Shown here: positions 1 through 8,162 of the stretch, piece after piece | How positions within the stretch are numbered: the stretch's first letter is position 1 | How the letters are laid out: each line of letters opens with the position of its first letter | DNA from: an uncultured virus (IMG/VR IMGVR_UViG_3300033273_000398) | Taxonomy: Duplodnaviria > Heunggongvirae > Uroviricota > Caudoviricetes | IMG/VR virus record: IMGVR_UViG_3300033273_000398 | DNA: 20,000 bases | Direction: 5' to 3' (one strand) | Program-made: the position numbers and the translations under genes | Notes under the pieces: generated by a model | Told to the model about the DNA's origin: nothing | Database searches by the model: none | What the model saw: only the letters and a program-made list of their open reading frames with translations

Positions 1-114
1 GTTAACAAAAAATGGCTTGATAAAGGAATCAAACCACCACATGGTAATATAATCATAGGTGTTAAACTCTGCTATGCGACAATGAAGTTGCTTGGTGAGA
101 ACTGGAATGAATGA
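1..114 (+). CDS. Partial hypothetical protein (3' end, ...KWLDKGIKPPHGNIIIGVKLCYATMKLLGENWNE*)
   Basis: Frame 1 is open from the window edge to TGA at 112-114, with an ATGA overlap into the next ORF at 111. Confidence 0.6.
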   Translation, partial: VNKKWLDKGIKPPHGNIIIGVKLCYATMKLLGENWNE

Positions 115-302
115 AGACATTTAAAGTAGATCAGGAAAAGTATAACGAGTACGGGGATAGAATTGGCATAATTATAAACATGTGTGACGATCTACTGTTA
201 CACCATCCTGTTGCCAGTGCAGAGAAAGAGGTTAGAGAAACCGTAGATTCTGCAGTTGAGCTATTAATTAAGGCAAAACAGTCTCTTATTAGCAGAAAAT
301 AA
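111..302 (+). CDS. Hypothetical protein, 63 aa
   Basis: ORF track; ATGA coupling to the upstream gene; same strand as neighbours. Confidence 0.65.
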   Translation: MKTFKVDQEKYNEYGDRIGIIINMCDDLLLHHPVASAEKEVRETVDSAVELLIKAKQSLISRK

Positions 303-304
303 TA

Positions 305-314
305 GATAAATATA
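305..314 (+). promoter_or_regulatory. Putative late-promoter motif GATAAATA(TA)
   Basis: Intergenic; same family as motifs at 3133, 7923, 16039, 18539 and 18784; resembles the T4 late promoter TATAAATA. Confidence 0.5.
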
Positions 315-342
315 CTGGGTACTATAAACAACAATTTCCAGT

Positions 343-861
343 ATGCAATTTATCAACATACAGTCCATGAAACTGATGGACTTTGTATTAAGAGGTGGAC
401 TAGTTCTGCTAGGACTCATTTATCCCTACATCATTTATCATTGGATAGGGCCACTTCCATCTATATCTGAGTACTTTATGACAGCTGCTCAGCCTATATT
501 TCTTTTGGTAAATGCGGGTACGTCATTCTATTTTATTACCACTAAGAACTGGAGAACCCCGGGTGTCCTTCTTTTAGGACTATCATGTTTTTCACTAGAG
601 TATTACGAGAGTCTCCATACGTGGATCGCTGCATCGTTCTTTATATCGTGTTTAGTCTCTATCCTTATAGGTAAGAGATACAGGCTTATATCAATACCTG
701 TACTGTTATCAGCCTTAGGTTTATTCCATAGTATCTTTATTGCAGAGGTATTCGCTATTCTTATGATATGTACGTATCACTTTCTAATACTAAAGGATCT
801 TTACTTAATCTATAGGGAAAGATCTGTAAAAACAATAAATGAAAATGAAACGTTATCTTAG
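343..861 (+). CDS. Polytopic membrane protein (~5-6 TM); true start may be 367 or 376
   Basis: Several hydrophobic segments; PSISEYF motif after TM1. Confidence 0.7.
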   Translation: MQFINIQSMKLMDFVLRGGLVLLGLIYPYIIYHWIGPLPSISEYFMTAAQPIFLLVNAGTSFYFITTKNWRTPGVLLLGLSCFSLEYYESLHTWIAASFFISCLVSILIGKRYRLISIPVLLSALGLFHSIFIAEVFAILMICTYHFLILKDLYLIYRERSVKTINENETLS

Positions 862-3088
862 CTTTATAGCTTTATCTGTGATATTGATAGTATCAATGTC
901 ATCCTTTGTGCAACTTGATGTTGCAACATTCGCAGGCCAACGTACGGCTCAAGAAGCTGGTAGTGAAACAGGTCCATCTTGTGGAACTGATGAAATGATT
1001 ATGAGGAATCCTTTTATGCAGGAAAGGTATTCTTCAAGAGTTGCTTGTGCTCCTGAAGTAGATTTGGACACAGCAGAAGTTATAACAATTCCTGTAGTTA
1101 TACATATTCTTCATGTTGGAGAAGCAATAGGTGAAGGAACAAATATATCTGACGAACAGGCTGAAAGTTGTATCAGAAACCTAAACGAAAGGTTTAGAGG
1201 TGATGTTGCCGCTTTAGCTGGGTATTTAGATGATAGTGGAAATCCAGCATACGATGAAGATGAACTAGCATTGGTAATCGATTCAAAGATCGAATTTTGT
1301 TTAGCAGCAAGGGATCCAGATAATTTACCGACTACAGGTATCATCAGACATGATTGTAGCGATCTGAGTTATACTAATAACTTTGGAGGTCAAACTTCTA
1401 CAGCTTACTATGCTGAGAAGGGCATATCAAATGGTAGCCAATGGGATATTCCGTTACAAGGTATTCCAGATGCTATTATTAAGAACACATTCCATTGGCC
1501 GATAGATAAGTACTTTAACTTCTATGTTGTTTCTGAAATCAACGGTAATGATGGAGGAGGTGGAATACAAGGTTATTCTTATGTTGGATCTACTGGTAAT
1601 GGCGCTAATGGATATTCGCAAGGCCCAGTTTGTCTATACAATATAACAGGAGATGTGGGTACTCTTAAGAATGGTAAAAGATTAAACGCAACATGGGCGC
1701 ACGAAGTTGGCCACGCATTAGATTTATATCATACATTTAATAATGGTAGTTGTAATCCTGAAACAAACTCATGTACTCAAGGAGACCAGGTTCCTGATAC
1801 CCCTCCTACTTCTACAAACTATAGCTGCAGTTCTCCTGTTTGCGCGGGTGCTATGGTAGAAAACTATATGGACTATACTCAAGAGGTATGTAGAGTTGCA
1901 TTTACTCAAAACCAAATAGAAAGGATGAGGGACGAGTTATGGAACAGATACGATTACTTAATCTACAATAATGTATCTTGTCAATCACCTAACGATAATG
2001 ATTTGGCAATTACAGGCGTAAATTTACCATCTGCTTGGTGCCAACCTACTTTAGATTTTAATATAGTAATCAATAACTTAGGTGGCTTTAGTGCTTCAGG
2101 GGCCACTTTGACTATTAATGGAGAGTCAATAATGTCCCTTCCAACTATTCCTGCTTCTGAATCTTTCTCAGTTGAAATAACAGACTATGAAATAGGATTA
2201 GGTGATATTCAAATTAATGTAAACTGGGGCCAGGATGATTATCAAGAAAATAACAGCTATTATGCCTTTGTAGAACCAAACGCAGGTGTTTATAGCCAAG
2301 TAGTAATAAGTCCAGACGTTTGGTCCAATGAAATAGATTGGGAAGTAACCGATGAATTTGGAGAAGTTGTTATGGAAGGAGGTGATTATCCGGTCTTCTC
2401 ACAGGATTTAACTTTCGAAGAAGTAGCATGTTTACAAGAAGGATGTTACACTTTTACAATCACAGATAATGGTGGTGATGGTATGTGTCAGTGGGATTTT
2501 GATGATGATGGTATATGTGATGGTTCGTCAGACGCATTTATCAACATCGTAGTAAATGATAATCTAGTCTTTGAGCTTTCTAATCCAGCCGAAATAGACT
2601 TTGGTTCTGAACTAACTACAACGTTCTGTGTGACTAATTGCCCTCAACCTGAATGTGCAGCTGATGTAGATGGAGATGGAGTTGTAAGTGTACAAGACTT
2701 ACTTTACATGTTACCTTATATTGGAATGACATATAGCGAGTGTGAAGATATAGATCTAGATGGTGATTTAGAAATTACAGGAAACGATCTATTAGTTATC
2801 TTAGATGACTGGGGTCTAATGTGTGCTACTGGTGAAGTTATGGACATAGGTACTCCTCCTGATTGGGTATGGGATTATATAGATGGTGATGGTAACGCAC
2901 CAACCGATGGCGTTTCTGATATGCCAAATGAACAGCCAGTACCTGTTGGAAGACCAGTTTATTATAACTTAGCAGGTAAACCAATAAAGCTTGACAATAG
3001 AGCACCTAGTGGAATTTACATAAGAGTTCAGCAGATGTCATTTGGACCTGTAAAAATTGATAAAATATTTCATGCTGGTGGATTTTGA
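839..3088 (+). CDS. Secreted M43 (pappalysin/ulilysin-like) zinc metalloprotease with CARDB/Ig-like region, paired dockerin-like EF-hand repeats and a short T9SS type A-like CTD
   Basis: Signal peptide; SCGTDE Cys-switch-like prodomain; IPVVIHILH; HEVGHALDLYH zinc motif (1700-1732); GDQVPDTPP; ENYMDY Met-turn; DVDGDGVVSVQDLL and DLDGDLEITGNDLL repeats; C-terminal YYNLAGK..SGIYI..KIDKIF. Confidence 0.9.
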   Translation: MKMKRYLSFIALSVILIVSMSSFVQLDVATFAGQRTAQEAGSETGPSCGTDEMIMRNPFMQERYSSRVACAPEVDLDTAEVITIPVVIHILHVGEAIGEGTNISDEQAESCIRNLNERFRGDVAALAGYLDDSGNPAYDEDELALVIDSKIEFCLAARDPDNLPTTGIIRHDCSDLSYTNNFGGQTSTAYYAEKGISNGSQWDIPLQGIPDAIIKNTFHWPIDKYFNFYVVSEINGNDGGGGIQGYSYVGSTGNGANGYSQGPVCLYNITGDVGTLKNGKRLNATWAHEVGHALDLYHTFNNGSCNPETNSCTQGDQVPDTPPTSTNYSCSSPVCAGAMVENYMDYTQEVCRVAFTQNQIERMRDELWNRYDYLIYNNVSCQSPNDNDLAITGVNLPSAWCQPTLDFNIVINNLGGFSASGATLTINGESIMSLPTIPASESFSVEITDYEIGLGDIQINVNWGQDDYQENNSYYAFVEPNAGVYSQVVISPDVWSNEIDWEVTDEFGEVVMEGGDYPVFSQDLTFEEVACLQEGCYTFTITDNGGDGMCQWDFDDDGICDGSSDAFINIVVNDNLVFELSNPAEIDFGSELTTTFCVTNCPQPECAADVDGDGVVSVQDLLYMLPYIGMTYSECEDIDLDGDLEITGNDLLVILDDWGLMCATGEVMDIGTPPDWVWDYIDGDGNAPTDGVSDMPNEQPVPVGRPVYYNLAGKPIKLDNRAPSGIYIRVQQMSFGPVKIDKIFHAGGF

Positions 3089-3132
3089 AACCTAAATAAC
3101 ATAGTTTTCTTCAAGAAAGTCTCATATATGGG

Positions 3133-3140
3133 GATAAATA
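3133..3140 (+). promoter_or_regulatory. Putative late-promoter motif GATAAATA
   Basis: Intergenic, ~30 nt upstream of the ATG at 3172. Confidence 0.5.
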
Positions 3141-3171
3141 AGTAAAGGCACTTAAAAATACAAACCCATTT

Positions 3172-4620
3172 ATGAGACTTTCTTTTATTGGCCTGGTTCT
3201 AGGAATCATGGCATTCTGTGGCGCGCAAAATAACGCAATTGCGCAAAAAGACGCGTGCGGTACAAGCGGACTTCCTGTTAGTAGAGAAGTTCAGGCTTTT
3301 GGACTGCAGAAAATGTACGAGAGAGGAGAGGCACCTAGCTATGAAGTACTAGATACAGCACAGATCTTAAGGATCCCGGTTGTATTCCATGTAGTTCACG
3401 TTGGAGAGGCAGAAGGGGACAGTACAAATATATCTGATGAGCAGATCTTTAGCGCTATTTCGGCACTAAACGATGATTTTAGAAAGGTTCCAGGTACTTC
3501 TGGAGACGGTCATGGTGTAGATACGAAGATAGAGTTTTGTATGGCTTCAGTTGATCCAGATGGTAATCCAACTGATGGTATAGTTAGACATGACGCTAGC
3601 GATTTAGTTTACTATGGAAATGGATCTATTAATATGCCATATGTAGACTATGGTGTTAATGCTGGTAATCCAAGTTACTATGGAATCCATGATACTTGGA
3701 TGAAGCAGACACTAGGGGCGTGGAATACAGATCTATACCTAAATGTATGGGTTGTTAACGAGATTGCAGGAAATAATGGTGGAGCTGGAATCCAGGGATA
3801 TGCATATCTTGGACCTATTAGTGCACAAAGAGATGGTATAGTTATCCTACATAATGCAGTAGGAACTGTAGGAACCCTAAAATCTTACACTAATATGAAT
3901 AAGACTCTAACTCACGAAGTTGGACACTATTTAACTCTATATCATACATTTGAGTATTCTTCAGATTGTGTTGAAGGGAACTGTAATGTTGAAGGTGATA
4001 GAGTATGTGATACCCCAGTAACAACAGGCAATACTTCTTGCTCGTCAGAGAATTGCCCAGGGGCTATTGAGGAAAACTACATGGACTATACTCCACAGAC
4101 TTGCAGAGACATGTTTACTTTAGGTCAAGCTGAAAGAATGAGAGAATGCATCTACCAGTTAAGACCAGAGCTACTAAACAGCCAAGCTGCATGTGATGTT
4201 GATGTAGATTGCCCATATGACTTTGACAATGATTACGCAACGACACTAGCTGACGTTGACATACTAATATATGATTTAGGGTGCCTCGACTGTAATGACA
4301 CTGACCTAAACGCAGACGGGATAGTTACAGTTGAGGACCTTTTAATCCTACTTACTCACTTCGGAGAGGACTGCTTATCTAGCAATGGAACAGGAGGAGT
4401 TCCTGCTGATCTAGGAGCATCTTACATGAATATTGGAGATAATGCAGGTTCTAACCTAGGTACGTTCTCAAGTAGATTGGTTAACAATGGTGAACTTATC
4501 TTTGATATGGGTGGAAGAATAGTAAACGGTACACCTGAGACTCTATCTAATGGAACGTACATAGTAATCAATATGAATGAAGGGAAGATAACAACTAAAA
4601 AAATTAGCATCGTTAAATGA
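3172..4620 (+). CDS. Second secreted M43 zinc metalloprotease with dockerin-like repeats and T9SS type A-like CTD
   Basis: Signal peptide (AIA|QK); ACGT Cys switch; IPVVFHVVH; HEVGHYLTLYH (3913-3945); GDRVCDTP; ENYMDY; DFDND and DLNADGIVTVEDLL repeats; C-terminal IFDMGGRIV..LSNGTYIV..TKKISIVK. Confidence 0.9.
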   Translation: MRLSFIGLVLGIMAFCGAQNNAIAQKDACGTSGLPVSREVQAFGLQKMYERGEAPSYEVLDTAQILRIPVVFHVVHVGEAEGDSTNISDEQIFSAISALNDDFRKVPGTSGDGHGVDTKIEFCMASVDPDGNPTDGIVRHDASDLVYYGNGSINMPYVDYGVNAGNPSYYGIHDTWMKQTLGAWNTDLYLNVWVVNEIAGNNGGAGIQGYAYLGPISAQRDGIVILHNAVGTVGTLKSYTNMNKTLTHEVGHYLTLYHTFEYSSDCVEGNCNVEGDRVCDTPVTTGNTSCSSENCPGAIEENYMDYTPQTCRDMFTLGQAERMRECIYQLRPELLNSQAACDVDVDCPYDFDNDYATTLADVDILIYDLGCLDCNDTDLNADGIVTVEDLLILLTHFGEDCLSSNGTGGVPADLGASYMNIGDNAGSNLGTFSSRLVNNGELIFDMGGRIVNGTPETLSNGTYIVINMNEGKITTKKISIVK

Positions 4621-7475
4621 GATTAGCTAAGGGAATTATATTATTCTTGTTTGCCTTTTTCGCTAGTGGCCTACAGGCTCAGTGCGATCTAGAGCTATAT
4701 AGTTTTGATCCTACAACATTAGATGCAACCATAATTGTTCATGACGGCTATGGTTGTAACCCTAATGACCCGACTGATGATGTAATTGATAAGTTCATAA
4801 TAGGTATAACCTCAAATAGTTTACAGGCTGCTGGTGTGGAATGTGGAATTGTACCAGATCCTGATACAGAGGGCTTTATATTACAGAACTATTTTCCAGG
4901 CTATGTGCTCTGGAATGATGAGGCTGCTTATCTAGGTGAAGATGGTGTATTAAACACTGGAGACACCTTAGAGTTTAATCTATTTGGAGCTCAATTACCT
5001 GGCGCGCCAACATATGCTGAACCATGCTTTGAAGATGCTGTAAATGATGGTTACTTTGATGAGTGTATGGAGGTTATGATATGGCAGATTAACTGCTCTA
5101 ATGATATATTTGGATTTAAAGCAGGTGAAGACAACTGCGCAGATGGAACTGAAGGCAATGGTTATACATATCCTGATGTAACGCCTGAGAATAACCTTAT
5201 TACAACAGGAGAATGCTACGAAAACTCATGTGATGTAGCTATATATGGATTTGATCCTAATACAGGTGATATCACTATTAAGGTTAAGGATGGTGAAAAC
5301 TGTGGATGTAATGATGCTACCCTAGTTGATGGCAATGGATGTGCAACTAGTACAGGAACACATACGCAAAATAACGATGGAGTCTCACATATAGTATTAG
5401 GAATCCATAAAGTTGATATGGATTTTAATACAGAATGTATGAGCGCGAATAACTATCCAGGATGGACCTTTGTAGCATATCAAGTACAAAGTCTACCAAA
5501 CCCTTCTAATCCAGGAGCTCTTACTGGAGAGTTTATAAACTTTAATGTAATTGAAGATACGTACGGAAATACTTCATGCTTTGATGAGTTGCTACCATAT
5601 CCAGAGCCTGGTGTATGTTATGAACTTGTCATCTGGCAGATAAACCTATCTCAGACTGCAAACGGAACTGACTTTCCTGGTAACCCACATGTCTGGGTTC
5701 CTGATAACTATGCTAATGATACTCAGATGTATCCCGATTTTGCGTTGTGGGACAACTACATTACATGGTGCCAAGAAGATCCTAATCCGCCTCTAACAGA
5801 AGGTTGTACGGATCCAAATGCAACAAACTATAATGAGGATGCAGACATAGACGATGGTTCTTGTGAGTACCCTCCAGTTCCAGGTTGTACAGATCCTACT
5901 GCATGTAACTATGACTTTAATGCAGATGAAAATGATGGAAGCTGTGTATGGTGTGACCCTGCAATATGTCCAGCTTGGATAATAAACAGCCTATGTGGAT
6001 GTACCGATGAGGAAGCTGATAACTTTAACGAAGATGCTATATATGACGACGGAAGCTGCGAGTACTCTAATACTGACTCTCCTGACGCAAAGCCTTCTTT
6101 TCTTTTCAGTTCAGTAGAATGTGGTCCAAATGGTCCTGAAAATGAATATCAGTTGGTTGTATTTAACATAGGAACAGATACGTTATTTAGATACTGTGTT
6201 GAGATACCAGAAATTGGTTTAGACGAATGTTTAGATGGATATGTTAGCGCTAACGAATGGATTGCCCCAGGAGAGGGACAGTTTGTTTCTTGGGTAAACA
6301 TACCATTAGATGGTTCAGTAACTCAGCTTACAGTAAACGTGTATTTTGCAGAAGACGAGCTACAAGAAGATGAAGGTAATAACATACAAGTCTATACTAT
6401 AGATCTGGGAAATGTTGAAGATCCATGTGAGTATACTAACGCATATCCTGATACAACCGCATTTAGCTTTGAATGTGTTAATGGAGTTCCTGAAATTGTG
6501 ATGGATATCTTTGTAGGAAACTCAGGAGATCTTCCAATGGTTTACTATTGCGTCGAGATACCTGAGATTGGATTAGATATTTGCTTTGATGGTAATCTAG
6601 ATCCTAATCTAATAGTACAGCCAGGTGAGCAACTTAACATAACCGAATATATACCTAGTATACCTTTTGAATTAGACTACATTACTATTAATATAAGCAA
6701 TGTTAGTCCAGAGGAATCGGATGTGTTTAACAACTCATTGCAGGTAGACTTCAGCCACAGTACTGGAGACGATCCATGTATAGTTCCTGGATGTACGGAT
6801 CCTACTGCAAATAATTATAATCCGGATGCTACTGAGGATGATGGTTCTTGTACATATGATATTATGGGCTGCACGGACCCTGAAGCAAATAATTATAATG
6901 CATCAGCTACAGTTGACGACGGTTCTTGTACTTATGACGTACTTGGTTGTACAGACCCAGAAGCCAACAACTACGATCCCAACGCTAATGTGGATGATGG
7001 AACTTGTAATTATGATGTGTTTGGATGTACTGATCTTAGTGCGAATAATTACAACCCGATCGCCACTGTGGATGACGGTTCTTGTGAATATGATGTTCCT
7101 GGCTGCACTGACCAAAATGCCACAAATTATAACCCATTCGCTACTGTGGACGATGGTTCTTGCGAATATCCAGTAGATCCATGTAATAATGAAGAGGTTC
7201 TTGTGCCTAATGCATTTACGCCTAACAACGATGGTTTAAATGATGAATGGTACCCTGTTACTAATCCAGATTGCTGGAAGTATTGGAGTGTAAAAATCTT
7301 TAATAGATGGGGACAACTTATCTGGGAAACAGATAAAGCTGATGACAGATGGGATGGAACTGTCAAGGATAGCGATAACTGTGTTTCTGATGGAGTGTAC
7401 GTATATATAATAGTAGGTGAACGCTATAACGCCGACATCTTTCAAAAAACAGGTCATATAACAGTATTCAAATGA
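4617..7475 (+). CDS. Large secreted Cys/Asp-rich repeat protein with T9SS type B (gliding-motility-associated, CHU_C) C-terminal domain
   Basis: Signal peptide LQA|QC; 8 GCTD..A.N(Y/F)...A..DDGSC repeats; two duplicated domain pairs; C-terminal VPNAFTPNNDGLNDEW..IFNRWG..WDG..DGVYVY..GHITVFK. Confidence 0.9.
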   Translation: MRLAKGIILFLFAFFASGLQAQCDLELYSFDPTTLDATIIVHDGYGCNPNDPTDDVIDKFIIGITSNSLQAAGVECGIVPDPDTEGFILQNYFPGYVLWNDEAAYLGEDGVLNTGDTLEFNLFGAQLPGAPTYAEPCFEDAVNDGYFDECMEVMIWQINCSNDIFGFKAGEDNCADGTEGNGYTYPDVTPENNLITTGECYENSCDVAIYGFDPNTGDITIKVKDGENCGCNDATLVDGNGCATSTGTHTQNNDGVSHIVLGIHKVDMDFNTECMSANNYPGWTFVAYQVQSLPNPSNPGALTGEFINFNVIEDTYGNTSCFDELLPYPEPGVCYELVIWQINLSQTANGTDFPGNPHVWVPDNYANDTQMYPDFALWDNYITWCQEDPNPPLTEGCTDPNATNYNEDADIDDGSCEYPPVPGCTDPTACNYDFNADENDGSCVWCDPAICPAWIINSLCGCTDEEADNFNEDAIYDDGSCEYSNTDSPDAKPSFLFSSVECGPNGPENEYQLVVFNIGTDTLFRYCVEIPEIGLDECLDGYVSANEWIAPGEGQFVSWVNIPLDGSVTQLTVNVYFAEDELQEDEGNNIQVYTIDLGNVEDPCEYTNAYPDTTAFSFECVNGVPEIVMDIFVGNSGDLPMVYYCVEIPEIGLDICFDGNLDPNLIVQPGEQLNITEYIPSIPFELDYITINISNVSPEESDVFNNSLQVDFSHSTGDDPCIVPGCTDPTANNYNPDATEDDGSCTYDIMGCTDPEANNYNASATVDDGSCTYDVLGCTDPEANNYDPNANVDDGTCNYDVFGCTDLSANNYNPIATVDDGSCEYDVPGCTDQNATNYNPFATVDDGSCEYPVDPCNNEEVLVPNAFTPNNDGLNDEWYPVTNPDCWKYWSVKIFNRWGQLIWETDKADDRWDGTVKDSDNCVSDGVYVYIIVGERYNADIFQKTGHITVFK
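5802..6065 (+). repeat. Three GCTD-type coding repeats (starts 5802, 5883, 5997)
   Basis: GCTDPNATNYNEDADIDDGSC / GCTDPTACNYDFNADENDGSC / GCTDEEADNFNEDAIYDDGSC. Confidence 0.85.
6789..7178 (+). repeat. Five tandem 78-bp (26-aa) GCTD coding repeats
   Basis: Unit starts at 6789, 6867, 6945, 7023 and 7101 (exact 78-nt period); synonymous divergence between copies. Confidence 0.95.
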
Positions 7476-7900
7476 AGAACTTAACTAATAGAATTATGAG
7501 AGTTGAGGATTTTTGGGGATGGGTGGTAATCGGTGCACTTATGTTAGGTGTACTAATGATGCAGTCTTGCTATGCTGATCAGAATCTGATGAGCACATAT
7601 CCAGAACAGGATGAAATTGGAGTAAAGTACATTTTTAGTCCTGATGGAGACGGAGTAGATGATACTTGGAAGCCAACAACCCAACAGGATTGGGATAGGT
7701 ATTTCGTAGAAGTATCGGATAGCTATGGAAATACAATTTGGTGGTCTACAGATCCAAAAGAAGAGTATACTGGCAAGATTGGAGGATCAGCGATACTAGA
7801 TCCATTTGTATTCTTTATTGTCTTTGCTAAAGAGAACGGTAGAAAATACTACAAGGAAGGTATTCTGGTCAACGAGCTTTACATAAATGAAACATACTGA
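7472..7900 (+). CDS. Small probable lipoprotein consisting essentially of a degenerate type B CTD (CHU_C-like) domain
   Basis: Hydrophobic N-terminus ending LMMQS-C; IFSPDGDGVDDTW..VSDSYGNTIWWSTDP..YTG..KEGILV mirrors the FTPNNDGLNDEW..IFNRWGQLIW of the upstream protein; ATGA overlap. Confidence 0.7.
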   Translation: MKNLTNRIMRVEDFWGWVVIGALMLGVLMMQSCYADQNLMSTYPEQDEIGVKYIFSPDGDGVDDTWKPTTQQDWDRYFVEVSDSYGNTIWWSTDPKEEYTGKIGGSAILDPFVFFIVFAKENGRKYYKEGILVNELYINETY

Positions 7901-7922
7901 TTCCTATTTGTATAAGTCCCAT

Positions 7923-7931
7923 GATATATAG
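7923..7931 (+). promoter_or_regulatory. Putative late-promoter motif GATATATAG
   Basis: Intergenic, ~22 nt before the ATG at 7954. Confidence 0.55.
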
Positions 7932-7953
7932 AAAGAACTAAAAACTTTTAATC

Positions 7954-8133
7954 ATGGAAACATATAACAAAATGGTAGAGCTTCTTAATGAAGTTCAGGA
8001 AGACGTAGCAAAGTTCTACGAGAAGGGAAATAAGGCTGCAGGAACAAGAGTTCGTAAGGCTATGCAAGAGCTTAAGTCTCTAGCACAGGATCTTAGAGTT
8101 GATATTTCTAAAACTAAGAACAACGCTAGTTAA
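7954..8133 (+). CDS. Histone H1-like (Hc1 family) protein, 59 aa; not in the ORF track
   Basis: Own translation: METYNKMVELLNEVQEDVAKFYEKGNKAAGTRVRKAMQELKSLAQDLRVDISKTKNNAS*; KFYEKGNKAAGTRVRK is the signature of Bacteroidota Hc1-like proteins. Confidence 0.9.
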   Translation: METYNKMVELLNEVQEDVAKFYEKGNKAAGTRVRKAMQELKSLAQDLRVDISKTKNNAS

Positions 8134-8149
8134 TCTAGCGTTGTTTTTT
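8119..8149 (+). terminator. Rho-independent terminator overlapping the Hc1 stop codon
   Basis: AACAACGCTAG-TTAAT-CTAGCGTTGTT perfect 11-bp stem followed by a T run. Confidence 0.8.
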
Positions 8150-8162
8150 CATTTTTAAAACA

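Noticed and set aside
111..302. MKTFK..YNE N-terminus as another capsid-targeting leader
   Set aside because: It lacks the H(L/I)K and F(L/V)xE pattern of the other leaders; the resemblance is too weak.
6789..7178. 78-bp periodic repeats as a CRISPR array or DGR template/variable repeat
   Set aside because: The repeats are in-frame coding units with synonymous divergence; there is no constant repeat plus unique spacer, no adenine-specific variation and no reverse transcriptase in the window.
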